The notes: generated by a model from the letters alone, not told the origin. A DNA stretch of 40,013 bases from Deltaproteobacteria bacterium (GCA_032128115.1 JAQBHB010000066.1:1-40013); one strand, 5' to 3'. Numbered from the stretch's first letter, positions 1-9,589 are shown. Numbers and translations: made by a program.

Positions 1-795
1 CGACCTGGCGCGATCGCGCTGCTGCTGGCGGCTCTGGTGCTCGGCGCGTGCGCCGCAAGGCCGCGGGTGGGGACCGGGGCGGATCCCGTGCCGGTGTTCC
101 ACTTCGAGACGGACACCATCGGCTACGGCAACGATCTCGTCTGGCAGTACGGCCCCGACGGCAAGGGCGGTCTCGAGGCGCAACCGCGCGAGTTCGATCC
201 CGACTACGCGCGCTACTGCTTCGTGGTCGCCCGCACCGTGCGTCAGTTCTTCGGTCACGGGCGCTTCGACTCGACGCAGCCCGTTGCCGACGACGAGACC
301 TATCGGCATCTGGTGCGCCGGGTCGCGGCGGCGAATCCCGCGCGCAACGTGCCACGGGCCGAGCGTGTGACGATCCCGGGTTACGCGAACCTGCGCGCGT
401 TCTCGCTGGCCCACGAGGACCTGCTCAAGGCGGAATCCGGCGGCTGGTGGCAGAGCTATCTACAGCGCGGCAACTGGCGCATGATCTTGCCCTTTCCGCG
501 CCGGCACCAGGAGGCCGAGGCCGAGCGCCTCGTCGACGCCATCGAACTGGGCGAGCCCGCGATCGTCCACCTGGTTCGTTTTCCGAACATCACCATCAAT
601 CACGCCGTGGTGCTCTTCGCTGTCGGGGAGCGCGGCGCCGCCATCCGTTTCGAGGCCTACGATCCGAACACGCCGGAGCAGCCGCGCACCCTGATCTTCG
701 ACCGAAAGAGCCGCACGTTTCTGTTCCCCGAGACCCCTTATTTCGCGGGTGGGCGCGTAAACGTTTATCAGATCTACCGCTCCCCGCTGTTCTAG
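1..795 (+). CDS. Putative lipoprotein with papain-like Cys/His/Asp motifs (5'-truncated by window edge)
   Basis: Frame is open from base 1: RPGAIALLLAALVLGAC (hydrophobic stretch plus LGAC lipobox). Motifs YCFVV, NHAVVLF and AYDPN. TAG stop at 793-795. Confidence 0.6.
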   Translation, partial: RPGAIALLLAALVLGACAARPRVGTGADPVPVFHFETDTIGYGNDLVWQYGPDGKGGLEAQPREFDPDYARYCFVVARTVRQFFGHGRFDSTQPVADDETYRHLVRRVAAANPARNVPRAERVTIPGYANLRAFSLAHEDLLKAESGGWWQSYLQRGNWRMILPFPRRHQEAEAERLVDAIELGEPAIVHLVRFPNITINHAVVLFAVGERGAAIRFEAYDPNTPEQPRTLIFDRKSRTFLFPETPYFAGGRVNVYQIYRSPLF

Positions 796-932
796 GCCCC
801 AGCACGGGAAGTGAATGCTCCCCGGGTGTCCAAGGCCGAGGTGCTGCCGCGGACTGATCGCCCCACGGGCCGCCCCAATGCACATCTGTGGCATCATGGA
901 GCGCTGGGCCACGCGTGGCTCGGGAGGCCTCC

Positions 933-1907
933 GTGGGCACGATCGAAGAGCAGATTCGCGATGCCGAGGGGCGTCTCTTTTCTCGATATGACGTGCCGGT
1001 GACCGAGCATCTCCTGGACCTGAAGGTCGGGAATTCGGCGCTTCGCGTCCGGGTGCTCGAGGCGGGTTCAGGCCCTCCCGTCGTGCTTCTCCACCCAGCG
1101 GGTTTTTTCGCGGCCCACTGGGCGCCCATGCTTCCTCACATTCCCAACCGCCGGTTGCTGTGCGTCGACTTCCCGGGTCATGGACTCAGCGGTGGAGTGG
1201 ACTACCGCAAGCACGATCCCCGGCACCACACGGTGGCCATGCTCCAGCAGCTGCTGTCCAAGCTCGGACTGGGCGCGGTACCGATGGTCGGCAACTCACT
1301 CGGAGGGATGGCAGCGCTCTGGCTTGCAGTCGATGAACCGGGTCTGGTATCGCAGCTTGTCATCCTTGGCGGCCCGGCTCTCGCCCTGCCTGGAGTGCGG
1401 CCCGACCTGGTCCTTGCGCTGTTGACTGTCCCCGGGATCAACCGTCTCCTCTTGAGTCTGCCTTCGAGCCCGAATCGGTCTCGGAGTCTGCTGAAAGCTT
1501 CGCTTGGGCGAGCGGCCTGGGCTCAGACGCCGCAGGAGGTGTTCGAGATTCATCACCTTGCGAGCCGGCGGCCAGAATTCCCTCTCACGCTATCGACGAT
1601 GTTGCAGACCGCGGCGCGATGGTTCTCCGCTCGACCGCACATAGTCCTGGCGGACTCGGAGATCGCCGGCCTCCATCAACCCGTGCGCTTCCTCTGGGGA
1701 GACCACGACATATTCGGGGGCCCCGAGGCCGGAGAGCGTGCGGCCGAACGCATGCAGGATGCCGCAGTCGCGGTCTATCCGGGGGGGCACCACCTGCAGC
1801 TCGACGACCCAGAACGCTGCGGGAAGTTCATTTCCGGGTTCCTGGCCGGGTCTTCCTCGACGGATGATGGCGGGATCCTACGCCACGGACTCACAGCCGG
1901 CCGTTAG
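933..1907 (+). CDS. Alpha/beta-fold hydrolase
   Basis: GSGPPVVLLH, DFPGHGLS, nucleophile elbow GNSLGG, WGDHD acid and GGHH histidine. GGAGG at 923-927 precedes GTG 933. Confidence 0.9.
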   Translation: MGTIEEQIRDAEGRLFSRYDVPVTEHLLDLKVGNSALRVRVLEAGSGPPVVLLHPAGFFAAHWAPMLPHIPNRRLLCVDFPGHGLSGGVDYRKHDPRHHTVAMLQQLLSKLGLGAVPMVGNSLGGMAALWLAVDEPGLVSQLVILGGPALALPGVRPDLVLALLTVPGINRLLLSLPSSPNRSRSLLKASLGRAAWAQTPQEVFEIHHLASRRPEFPLTLSTMLQTAARWFSARPHIVLADSEIAGLHQPVRFLWGDHDIFGGPEAGERAAERMQDAAVAVYPGGHHLQLDDPERCGKFISGFLAGSSSTDDGGILRHGLTAGR

Positions 1908-2861
1908 ACTCGAAAGCTCGGGCGCGCGCTTCAGCGCGAGCTTTGCGTCGTTTCGCTCGATGGTCTCGGGCCCGTTCATGCATGCCCGGATGAAGACCCG
2001 CAGATAGCCCTTGTCCACGATCGCCCCGTCGCGCTCGATGGTGGGGAGCATGGCCTCGTGCAGCGTCTTGAGGTTGTACCACGGGACGGCCGGATACACG
2101 TGATGGCCGATGTGGTAGTTGATGTTGTTCCAGAAGAACCGGTTCGCCGGGTTGCTGATGATTGCGCGCGTTCCCTGAAGCTGGCCTGCATCCCAAGGCG
2201 TCCCATAGTGTTCTGCGACGAAGCGAATGCTGTTGAGGAGGGAGAAGAAGCCGGCCGGAATCAGCCACACGGCGAGAAACTTGTCGAGCACTCCGAGATG
2301 CTGGGCCCAGAGGATCAGGCCCGAGTAGAGGACGACGCGTGCCGTCAGTTCTCCCAGGTGAATCCAGAGACGGCTCCCACGAAACTGCTGGATCGGGTAG
2401 ATGAAGTTGAACTGGATCACCGTGAGCGGCACTCCGATCAACATATAGGCGTAGAAGAGCACGAAGTCGCCGATTCCGCGCTTGCCCATCGTGAAGGCGT
2501 CCGGGTCCTCAGGGCTGCGATTGTTCCTGTGATGTTCGAGGTGATCTTCCTTGAAGGCGATGAAGGTCACGAAGATCGGCAGGGTCGAAAAGATCCCGAA
2601 GACCCAGTTCTTCCACTTCTTCTTGAACAACACCTGATGGGTGCAATCGTGCATGAAGGTCACGATTCCCATCCACAGGTAGCCCATGCACGCATAGGCG
2701 GTCCATTCGAGCAGCGCGTGCGGGGAGTTCCATGCCACCGCCCCGAACGCGATCAGCAGGGCATAGAAGAAGGGGATCTTGAGATTGTGAACCCAGTTGT
2801 GCTGGTAACACGCACGCAAGATGGCAGGTGAAACACGCTGGGCACCCGCAGGACTCGACAT
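1878..2861 (-). CDS. Membrane fatty-acid desaturase family protein
   Basis: Three His boxes (HDCTH, HLEHH, HIGHH-VYP-VPWYNL) and hydrophobic helices. GGAGG SD upstream of the ATG. Confidence 0.92.
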   Translation of the reverse strand: MSSPAGAQRVSPAILRACYQHNWVHNLKIPFFYALLIAFGAVAWNSPHALLEWTAYACMGYLWMGIVTFMHDCTHQVLFKKKWKNWVFGIFSTLPIFVTFIAFKEDHLEHHRNNRSPEDPDAFTMGKRGIGDFVLFYAYMLIGVPLTVIQFNFIYPIQQFRGSRLWIHLGELTARVVLYSGLILWAQHLGVLDKFLAVWLIPAGFFSLLNSIRFVAEHYGTPWDAGQLQGTRAIISNPANRFFWNNINYHIGHHVYPAVPWYNLKTLHEAMLPTIERDGAIVDKGYLRVFIRACMNGPETIERNDAKLALKRAPELSSLTAGCESVA

Positions 2862-3239
2862 CGTTGATTTCCCCTCCGATGTATTCGCTGATTTCCAGGC
2901 TTCTCAGCACTTCTCATCGGATGGGCAGTCGGTTGAAGCAAGGGTCAAACTCTTCAAGCTCGTCGAATTCCACGTTCCGCTATCGACCCGTCCGTTGCGC
3001 CCCTGGCGCCCCGGTGTGGGCTTGTCACCCCCCTCGGCTCCTGCTCGACGCGATGGCTGCTTTTCGGACCCTGCGGAGACGCCGCTCGGGTCGAACAACA
3101 ACGGGTTGATCCCAGTGGCGATCGCATCGTCGGCGAACCCGGGAAGTTGAGTTCGTAGTAGCTCTGCAGATCCCCGGCGGTCGTGATGTAGGACTCGTCG
3201 AAGAAGGCAACGTCGGCGCCGCCGCCCCGGGGGAGGGCC

Positions 3240-3424
3240 ATGCACCAAAGCGCCCAGGTCGCCGGAGACCGGGACCCCACCACGAACATGAGAACGGCCA
3301 GCGTCGCGGCGTATTCGGCCGCGTTTGCGTGGGCACGAACCCGCTTGTGAAGTGAATCGGCGGGGTCCCCTGACGTTCCCGCCACCGTATGGGTCCGGCC
3401 TCGCATCATGGACACCGCGAAGCC
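3240..3424 (-). pseudogene. MAPEG-family gene remnant truncated at both ends
   Basis: GFAVSMMRGRTHTVAGTSGDPADSLHKRVRAHANAAEYAATLAVLMFVVGSRSPATWALWCM carries the MAPEG R-A-H-x-N-x-x-E-Y motif. The first helix and the C-terminal helices are missing. Confidence 0.65.
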
Positions 3425-3464
3425 GGGCCTCGGGTCGGGCCCCGAGGCGTCCGATAAGGATCCG

Positions 3465-4223
3465 ATGGGTTTGTTCTCGAAGCTGGCAGTCTGGCGCGGG
3501 GCGTACGGGCCCCGAAGCAGCCGTCAGCGGGCTGCGATCGGGCTGGTACTCGGGGTGCTCTGCGTGATCCCGCTGAGCGCTGGCGTGGTGCTGGCTCTGC
3601 GCTGGGTCGATCCGCCCACCAGCGCCTTCATGCTGCGCGCGCGTTATCAGGCGCGAGCCGAGGGGCGCGACGGATTCCGGCTCCGACACTACTGGGTCGA
3701 CTGGGAGTACATCGCGCCCGCGGCCAAGGTGGCGGTCGTGGCCGCCGAGGACCAGCGCTTCCTGGCCCACGACGGCTTCGACCTGGAGTCGATCGCCGAC
3801 GCCGTCTACGAGCGCGTCAAGCAGGGCCGGTCGCGGGGCGCCAGCACGGTCTCGCAGCAGGTGGCGAAGAATCTCTTCCTGTGGCCCGGCAAGAGCTTCG
3901 TACGCAAGGGCCTCGAGGTGTGGTTCACGCTGTGGATCGAGACGTGCTGGCCGAAGGAGCGCGTCCTCGAGGTCTATCTCAACGTGGCCCAGTTCGGCGA
4001 CGGGATCTACGGGGTCGAGGCGGCCAGCGTCGTGTTCTTCCGCAAGTCGGCGGACGAACTCACATCGCGTGAGGCAGCGACCCTGGCGGCGGTATTGCCC
4101 AATCCGGTCCGGTTCCGTGCCGACCGGCCCTCGAAATACGTGAAGTCCCGATCGCGCTGGATCCTGGCCCAGATGCAGTCGCTGGAAGGAACCGGGTACC
4201 TGGGATCGCTGTCGGGCCGCTGA
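3465..4223 (+). CDS. mtgA: Monofunctional biosynthetic peptidoglycan transglycosylase (GT51)
   Basis: EDQRFLAHDGFD, RGASTVSQQVAKNLFLW, RKGLE and KERVLEVYLN motifs, plus an N-terminal TM anchor. ATG 3465 chosen after AAGGA; ATG 3408 is the alternative. Confidence 0.93.
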   Translation: MGLFSKLAVWRGAYGPRSSRQRAAIGLVLGVLCVIPLSAGVVLALRWVDPPTSAFMLRARYQARAEGRDGFRLRHYWVDWEYIAPAAKVAVVAAEDQRFLAHDGFDLESIADAVYERVKQGRSRGASTVSQQVAKNLFLWPGKSFVRKGLEVWFTLWIETCWPKERVLEVYLNVAQFGDGIYGVEAASVVFFRKSADELTSREAATLAAVLPNPVRFRADRPSKYVKSRSRWILAQMQSLEGTGYLGSLSGR

Positions 4224-4269
4224 CCGAGGGCTCCGGGGCTGCGCTCGCCTGGCGCGCGCCATGGGGCTT

Positions 4270-4622
4270 TTCGTCTTCCCCGAGTCGCCTGGAATGAAGT
4301 CGATCCGTTCGGATTGTTCATCGCGGGTGTCGAGATCCAGGTTCAGCTGCCCGGTATTGTTGACAGCCCCGATCTCGGCACTCAAATCACCAGCGACACC
4401 ACCGCGCTGCCCGTGGCACTGCCCCGCTCGCAGGCGACGTTGAACGATTCACTCACCGGCAGGGAGCCGGCAACTTCGGCGAGGATCTTGCCGTTGCACC
4501 GGATCTGCAGCGACGCCGAATCGACGCTCAGTTTCACCGGCACGAAGCCCACGGCGCGAGCCGCGGGGCTGAGCAGCAGCAGGGCCCGCAGGGGGGGGCA
4601 GCGCAAGACGAGAGCGGTGCAT
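4270..4622 (-). pseudogene. Frameshifted remnant of a putative secreted protein
   Basis: ATG 4622 follows GGAG. The signal-peptide-like ALLLLSPAARA lies in another frame after a C8 tract. A beta-rich segment shifts frame again near 4390 into SAEIGAVNNTGQLNLDLD. Confidence 0.35.
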
Positions 4623-4670
4623 CCAGTGACTCCGGGCAATCCCTCCCCCGGATCCCAGTGTAACGCCAGG

Positions 4671-4688
4671 TGGGGGATTTATCCCCCA
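4671..4688. promoter_or_regulatory. Perfect inverted repeat TGGGGGAT-TT-ATCCCCCA (operator-like)
   Basis: 8-bp arms with a 2-nt spacer, in intergenic DNA. Confidence 0.4.
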
Positions 4689-4756
4689 AAATCTATCGGG
4701 TGCCTCTGCCAGGTATCGCCTGGGATTCGTGTCGTCATGCCATCACGCGCAGGTCT

Positions 4757-6229
4757 CTACTCTGGCGAGAGGTCATGGAAGTCGAGACGCAGGTCGAAGT
4801 CGTCGGGGATGGCGAGCGGAGTCTTCGTGAGCGAGAGGTTGCGCGGGTTGATCACGAGGCATCGGTTGGCCAGATCGGAATCGGTAAAGGGTTTCATCAG
4901 GGCGCTGCGCAGGGCCCAACCGAAGTACCACGGCGCCCGGGTCCACTGGGGCACGCGAGTCACCAGGACCGTGCAGCCATCGGGCAGGTGTGCAGTGGCG
5001 TGCTCGATCTCGGCGCGGATCGTGGCCACCGTGTGGCTTGCGGCCTCATAGCGGCGGATCATGGTCAAGGTGGGAGGCAGCAATGTCAGGAGCGCGACGA
5101 CGAACGCGGCGGCGGCCACGGCCGCCTGGCGCCGGAAATCGGCGCCGCGTGCGAGTGCCGCCAACAGGAGCGCGCCGAACAAGAGGGTGCCCACCACGGG
5201 CAAGGTGTGGTGGCGATTCACGAAGTAGGTGCCGTAGAAGACCGAGATCGAGCACAGGTACCAGATGGGGCCGAAGAACAGCAGTTCGAGCCAGCGCGCG
5301 CGCTCGGCTCCACGCCGCCACAGGGCCAGAAGGCCCAGCGCCAGGGCGGCGAGCGCCCACAGCTCCGCGTACGGCAGAGCGGGAAACGCAAACAGCTCCG
5401 GTGTGAACAGGGAGCTCAGGAAGCGCGGGTGGAATTCGAGGAAGGCGGTTGCTGACAGGTAGTGCCCGGCGTCGCCCACTCCGCCCGCGAAATTGCCGAA
5501 CGCGATCCAGCGCAGACCGAAATAGACGGCGAGGATCGGCAGCAACGGGCCGTACAGCCGCAGGGCGCTGCGGCGCGCGGCTGGCGTGAGGGGCCATAGA
5601 TGGCCGCGCACCAGGTCCCACCCCAGGGCCAGCAAAAGCGCCGCCACCGTCGATTCCTTGGTCAGAAGACCCAGGCTGTAGAAGCCTGCGAATCCCACGG
5701 GAGAGGCTCCGCGCTCGCGGAAGCGCAGCAGCGCGTAGAAGCTGCACAGCACGAACAGGGTGGCCAGGGTGGATTCGCGCGTGGCGACGAAGGGCACGAT
5801 CTCGGAGAAGATTGGATGGATGGCGGTCACGCCGGCGCCCAGCAGTGCGAACGGACGTTGTTTCGGGAGCAGGAGGTCGAGGATCAGGAAGACCAGGACC
5901 ACGTCGAGCGCGAAGATGGCGTTGGAGGTGACGTGGAAGCCGAGGGGATGGGCGCCCCACAGCATGAGATCCAGCTTCATGAGCCAGATCTTCAGGGGTC
6001 GCAGATAGCCGCGACCGAGCGACGGATCGATTCCCAGGTCCTTCCAGATCTCGCCGCTCTCGTTGTGGTACAGGAGCTCGAAGAAGTAGCTGGGCGGCTG
6101 GCCATAGAACGAAGCCACCAGGTCGAAGTCGTCGGCCAGGAAGTAGTCGTTCAGGTGGGTTGCGTAGACCCCGAAGGCCAGGCCAAAACTCACGGCGATG
6201 CAGACGCGCCGCGCGCCCCGCGAATCCAC
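4757..6229 (-). CDS. Multi-pass membrane protein, GT-C-fold glycosyltransferase-like
   Basis: DDF in the first loop after TM1, followed by YLRPL, HP..SE.V and LLTKES, with 10 or more TM segments. The pattern resembles PMT/TMTC-like GT-C proteins. Confidence 0.7.
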   Translation of the reverse strand: MDSRGARRVCIAVSFGLAFGVYATHLNDYFLADDFDLVASFYGQPPSYFFELLYHNESGEIWKDLGIDPSLGRGYLRPLKIWLMKLDLMLWGAHPLGFHVTSNAIFALDVVLVFLILDLLLPKQRPFALLGAGVTAIHPIFSEIVPFVATRESTLATLFVLCSFYALLRFRERGASPVGFAGFYSLGLLTKESTVAALLLALGWDLVRGHLWPLTPAARRSALRLYGPLLPILAVYFGLRWIAFGNFAGGVGDAGHYLSATAFLEFHPRFLSSLFTPELFAFPALPYAELWALAALALGLLALWRRGAERARWLELLFFGPIWYLCSISVFYGTYFVNRHHTLPVVGTLLFGALLLAALARGADFRRQAAVAAAAFVVALLTLLPPTLTMIRRYEAASHTVATIRAEIEHATAHLPDGCTVLVTRVPQWTRAPWYFGWALRSALMKPFTDSDLANRCLVINPRNLSLTKTPLAIPDDFDLRLDFHDLSPE

Positions 6230-6238
6230 CGCCGGGGC

Positions 6239-6601
6239 CTAGAACGTGCCGGCGGCGATCAGCACGCCGCCGAGCACCAGCTCGACCGCCAGGTACAACC
6301 ACGGCTGGAAGCCCGGAAAGCCATCGATTCCCACCGAGATCAGACGGCCCACGGCCATGCCAATCAATGCGACGCCCAGTGCGATCAGGATGCCGGGTGC
6401 TTCGGGAGCCCCGGAGACGGCAAAGGCCAGCACGGCGGCGACGGCCACCCCGAATCCTCCGTAGACGGCGCGCACCTCGTTGCGGCCGTCCCGGGTGAGC
6501 GTTGGCGTACCAAAGCGTTGCAGCACCCGCTCGGGCCACATCAGCGCGTACACCCCCATGGCCAGGAAGAACGCCGCCACACCGCCCGCCGCGAAATCCA
6601 C
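6239..6601 (-). CDS. DUF4345-family small membrane protein
   Basis: GRNEVRAVYGGFG and GRLIS..IDG motifs with four TM helices. GTG 6601 avoids overlap with the upstream gene. Confidence 0.75.
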   Translation of the reverse strand: MDFAAGGVAAFFLAMGVYALMWPERVLQRFGTPTLTRDGRNEVRAVYGGFGVAVAAVLAFAVSGAPEAPGILIALGVALIGMAVGRLISVGIDGFPGFQPWLYLAVELVLGGVLIAAGTF

Positions 6602-6644
6602 GTCGCACACGATACGAACGGATTTCACGCGGGGCCAGGGCGGC

Positions 6645-7238
6645 TCAGTCGCCCGCGTGATCCCGCCAGGCCCGGTGCAAGTGGCGCAGGATCGCTGGGT
6701 ACACGATCGCACGCCGGAAGGGATCGATGAGCGCCATGTAGACGGGCGTGAAGGCGCTCACGGGCTTCACGTAGATGGCCCAGTACAGGCGATGGCCACC
6801 GGGTCGGGGCGCAAGGGCCATCACCGAAAAGGCGTGGACGGTGGCGTTGCGGATCTCGCTGACCGACTCGTGGGAGAAGGCGACGAGCAGCGTGAAGAGG
6901 CCGTCCGGGCTTCCGGGCTCGACCCGGCTGCGGGCGCGGTCGTCTGCGTCGAGCCGCGCCAGAAAGGAATCTCCGGGCGCGTGGGGTCGGTCGCTGTCCC
7001 AGCGAAACCAGCGGCCCAGTGCCATGCGCAGCCGGAACAGGGCGCGCACGGCGGGATTGAGCGCCATCAGCGGCTCTGCGCGCATGAGCCGGCGCACGTC
7101 CTCGAGGGTCACGTTGGGCACGCTGCCGGGAAGTTCTACCTGCCACACGTCGTGGAGTGGCACCCCAGCCAGCAGGCCATGGGCGCGCAGATCCAGGCGT
7201 TGGTAGTCGGCGACCTCGGCGCGGCCCCAGGGGTGCAC
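6645..7238 (-). CDS. DUF2867-like protein
   Basis: LHDVW, LFRLR..LG..F.WD and YMALIDPFRRAIVYPA motifs. Abuts the stop of the upstream gene. Confidence 0.65.
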   Translation of the reverse strand: MHPWGRAEVADYQRLDLRAHGLLAGVPLHDVWQVELPGSVPNVTLEDVRRLMRAEPLMALNPAVRALFRLRMALGRWFRWDSDRPHAPGDSFLARLDADDRARSRVEPGSPDGLFTLLVAFSHESVSEIRNATVHAFSVMALAPRPGGHRLYWAIYVKPVSAFTPVYMALIDPFRRAIVYPAILRHLHRAWRDHAGD

Positions 7239-7508
7239 TCAGCGCGGCTCCGACTCTTCGGGCTCGTAGAACTCGCCTTCGAGGTCCGTGAGCTTCTCCT
7301 GCACGAACGCCTGGGCATCGCGGATGGCCTGGTTGTAGACGGGTGCGCCCAGAGCGCGAACGAAGAAGTCGATCAACTGTTCGGCCTGGAAATCGCTGAT
7401 CTCCGAGTCGAACTGCTGCTGGAAGAAGTGCCGGAGCGTGCCCCGCAGCTGCTCGCGGCGATCTTCCTCGAGGCGGATGCGCATGGGCGAGTGGCGTCGC
7501 GACGTCAT
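7239..7508 (-). CDS. DUF2164-family protein
   Basis: ISDFQAEQLIDFF..LGAPVYNQAIRDAQ motif. The start may instead be ATG 7484. Confidence 0.8.
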   Translation of the reverse strand: MTSRRHSPMRIRLEEDRREQLRGTLRHFFQQQFDSEISDFQAEQLIDFFVRALGAPVYNQAIRDAQAFVQEKLTDLEGEFYEPEESEPR

Positions 7509-7603
7509 GACGGAGGCGCCCAGCCTACCACGGGGAAACGGCTCTTCCGGCCCCGCTCCCCGGGATCGGGTTGACGCGACGCGGGCGCTTCTCTTCGGGG
7601 CAC

Positions 7604-7632
7604 TTGTCTCGCTTCCAGCGCGATGCTATTCG
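7604..7632 (+). promoter_or_regulatory. Putative sigma70 promoter for pit (TTGTCT-17-TATTCG with extended TG)
   Basis: Correct -35/-10 spacing. Ends 7 nt before the in-frame GTG 7640 (ATG at 7643). Confidence 0.35.
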
Positions 7633-7642
7633 CGGCCGTGTG

Positions 7643-8908
7643 ATGGAAACGCTCCTGTGGGGCACCTCTCCGATCATATGGATCGCGGGTGGATTGGCCC
7701 TCTACATGGCGTGGGCCATCGGTGCCAACGACGTCGCCAACGCCATGGGCACCAGCGTCGGCTCCGGCGCCCTCACGATCTTCCAGGCCGTGATCGTGGC
7801 GGGCGTCCTCGAGTTCTGCGGCGCGTTTTTCGTGGGCGGCCACGTCACTGAAACCGTGCGCAACGGTATCCTGGAAGCCAGCGCCGTCGCCGAACACCGC
7901 GAGCTCGTGATCTACGGGATGCTCGGGGCGCTGGCGGCTGCTGCGACCCTGTTGCTCGTGGCCACCCGCTACGGCCTGCCCATCTCCACCACCCACACGA
8001 TCGTGGGTGCCATCGTCGGTTTCGGCTCTGTCGGCCTGGGAATCGACGTGGTGGCCTGGGGCAAGGTCGCGCAGATCGTGGCCTCCTGGGTCACCTCGCC
8101 GCTGATCGGCGGAAGCCTGGCCTTCGCGATCTTCCATCTGATCCGCCGGCTGATCCTCGATCGCGAGCAGCCCATGCGCGAGGCGCGCCGCTATGGGCCA
8201 GTCTTCTTCTTCATCGTGACCTTCGTGATCAGCCTGGTCACGCTGTTCAAGGGTCTCAAGAACCTGAAGCTCGATCTGGATTTCCCCGACGCGCTGCTGG
8301 CTTCAGCGGCCATTGGCCTCCTGGGTGCCGCCCTGGGGCACTTCTTCCTGACGCGGGTCAAGGGCGACGACGAGGCGACGGGGATGGATCGCTTCCGGAA
8401 CGTGGAGCGGGTCTTCTCGGTGCTCCAGGTCATGACGGCCTGCGCGATCGCGTTTGCCCACGGCTCCAACGATGTGGCCAATGCCATCGGGCCGCTGGCG
8501 GCGGTGATCCAGGGAGTGAAGGGCGAGGCGCTCGCCGGCAAGGCCGCCGTGGCGCCGTGGATGCTGATGGTGGGCGGGGTCGGAATCGTGATCGGGCTCG
8601 CCACCTGGGGCTACCGGGTGATGGAGACCGTGGGTCGCAAGATCACCGAGCTCACGCCCAGCCGCGGTTTCGCGGCGACGCTGGCCGCAGCCCTGACCAT
8701 CGTGCTGGCCTCGCGCCTGGGGATCCCCGTCTCCTCCACCCACATCCTGGTAGGCTCGGTGCTTGGCGTAGGCCTGGCCCGCGGGATCGGGGCCCTGGAC
8801 GTGGGTGTCGTGGGCCGGATCCTGGTGTCGTGGGTGGCCACGTTGCCCCTGGCGGCCGCCCTCTCGATCTTCTTCTACTACTTCTTCAAGGGCCTGCTGG
8901 GTCCGTAG
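7643..8908 (+). CDS. pit: PiT-family inorganic phosphate transporter
   Basis: Duplicated signature GANDVANA / HGSNDVANA, plus PISTTH and PVSSTH. Confidence 0.95.
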   Translation: METLLWGTSPIIWIAGGLALYMAWAIGANDVANAMGTSVGSGALTIFQAVIVAGVLEFCGAFFVGGHVTETVRNGILEASAVAEHRELVIYGMLGALAAAATLLLVATRYGLPISTTHTIVGAIVGFGSVGLGIDVVAWGKVAQIVASWVTSPLIGGSLAFAIFHLIRRLILDREQPMREARRYGPVFFFIVTFVISLVTLFKGLKNLKLDLDFPDALLASAAIGLLGAALGHFFLTRVKGDDEATGMDRFRNVERVFSVLQVMTACAIAFAHGSNDVANAIGPLAAVIQGVKGEALAGKAAVAPWMLMVGGVGIVIGLATWGYRVMETVGRKITELTPSRGFAATLAAALTIVLASRLGIPVSSTHILVGSVLGVGLARGIGALDVGVVGRILVSWVATLPLAAALSIFFYYFFKGLLGP

Positions 8909-8920
8909 GAGGGCATCGCC

Positions 8921-9589
8921 GTGGCGTTGATGGGAGATCTCTTCGGCCGCTCGCCGATCCGGCCCATGCAACGGCATATGAAGGCCGCGGTCGCCTGCGC
9001 CCGCGAGGTGCTTCCGCTGTTCGAGGACATGGCGACGGGTAACACCGCGAACCTGGCCGCGCGCCGCAGCGAGATCGATCGCCTGGAGCACGAGGCGGAT
9101 AGCATCAAGAACGAGATCCGCAGCCACCTGCCGACGCGACTGTTCATGGCCTTCGAGCGCCGCGACATGCTGGAGATCCTGGACTGCCAGGATTCGATCG
9201 CCGACGTGGCCCAGGACATCGCGGGGCTCGCGGACCAGCGCTCCATGATCGTGCCCAGGGAACTGGCCGAACCCATGCTGGAGCTGGTGCGCCGGGTGGT
9301 TGCGGCCTGTGAGCAGGCCGAGCGCGTCATCAACGAATTGGACGAGTTGGTGGAAACCGGGTTCCGAGGCCGCGAGGCGACGCGCGTCGAGGCAATGGTG
9401 ACGGAACTCTCACGCATCGAGAGTGAGACGGATCAGCTGGCCGAGAGGGTCCAGCGGCGCCTGTTCGCCATGGAGAACGAGCTCGGGGTGAGCACAGTCT
9501 TCTGGTACCAGATGATCAACTGGGTGGGCGATCTGGCCGACTACGCCGAGCGCGTGGGCAATCGCCTGCGGCTCCTGATCGCGAGCTAG
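8921..9589 (+). CDS. DUF47/TIGR00153 PhoU-like Pit accessory protein
   Basis: LEHEADSIK, QDSIAD, ESETD and LADYAERVG helical repeats. Directly follows pit with a GGAGG SD. Confidence 0.92.
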   Translation: MALMGDLFGRSPIRPMQRHMKAAVACAREVLPLFEDMATGNTANLAARRSEIDRLEHEADSIKNEIRSHLPTRLFMAFERRDMLEILDCQDSIADVAQDIAGLADQRSMIVPRELAEPMLELVRRVVAACEQAERVINELDELVETGFRGREATRVEAMVTELSRIESETDQLAERVQRRLFAMENELGVSTVFWYQMINWVGDLADYAERVGNRLRLLIAS

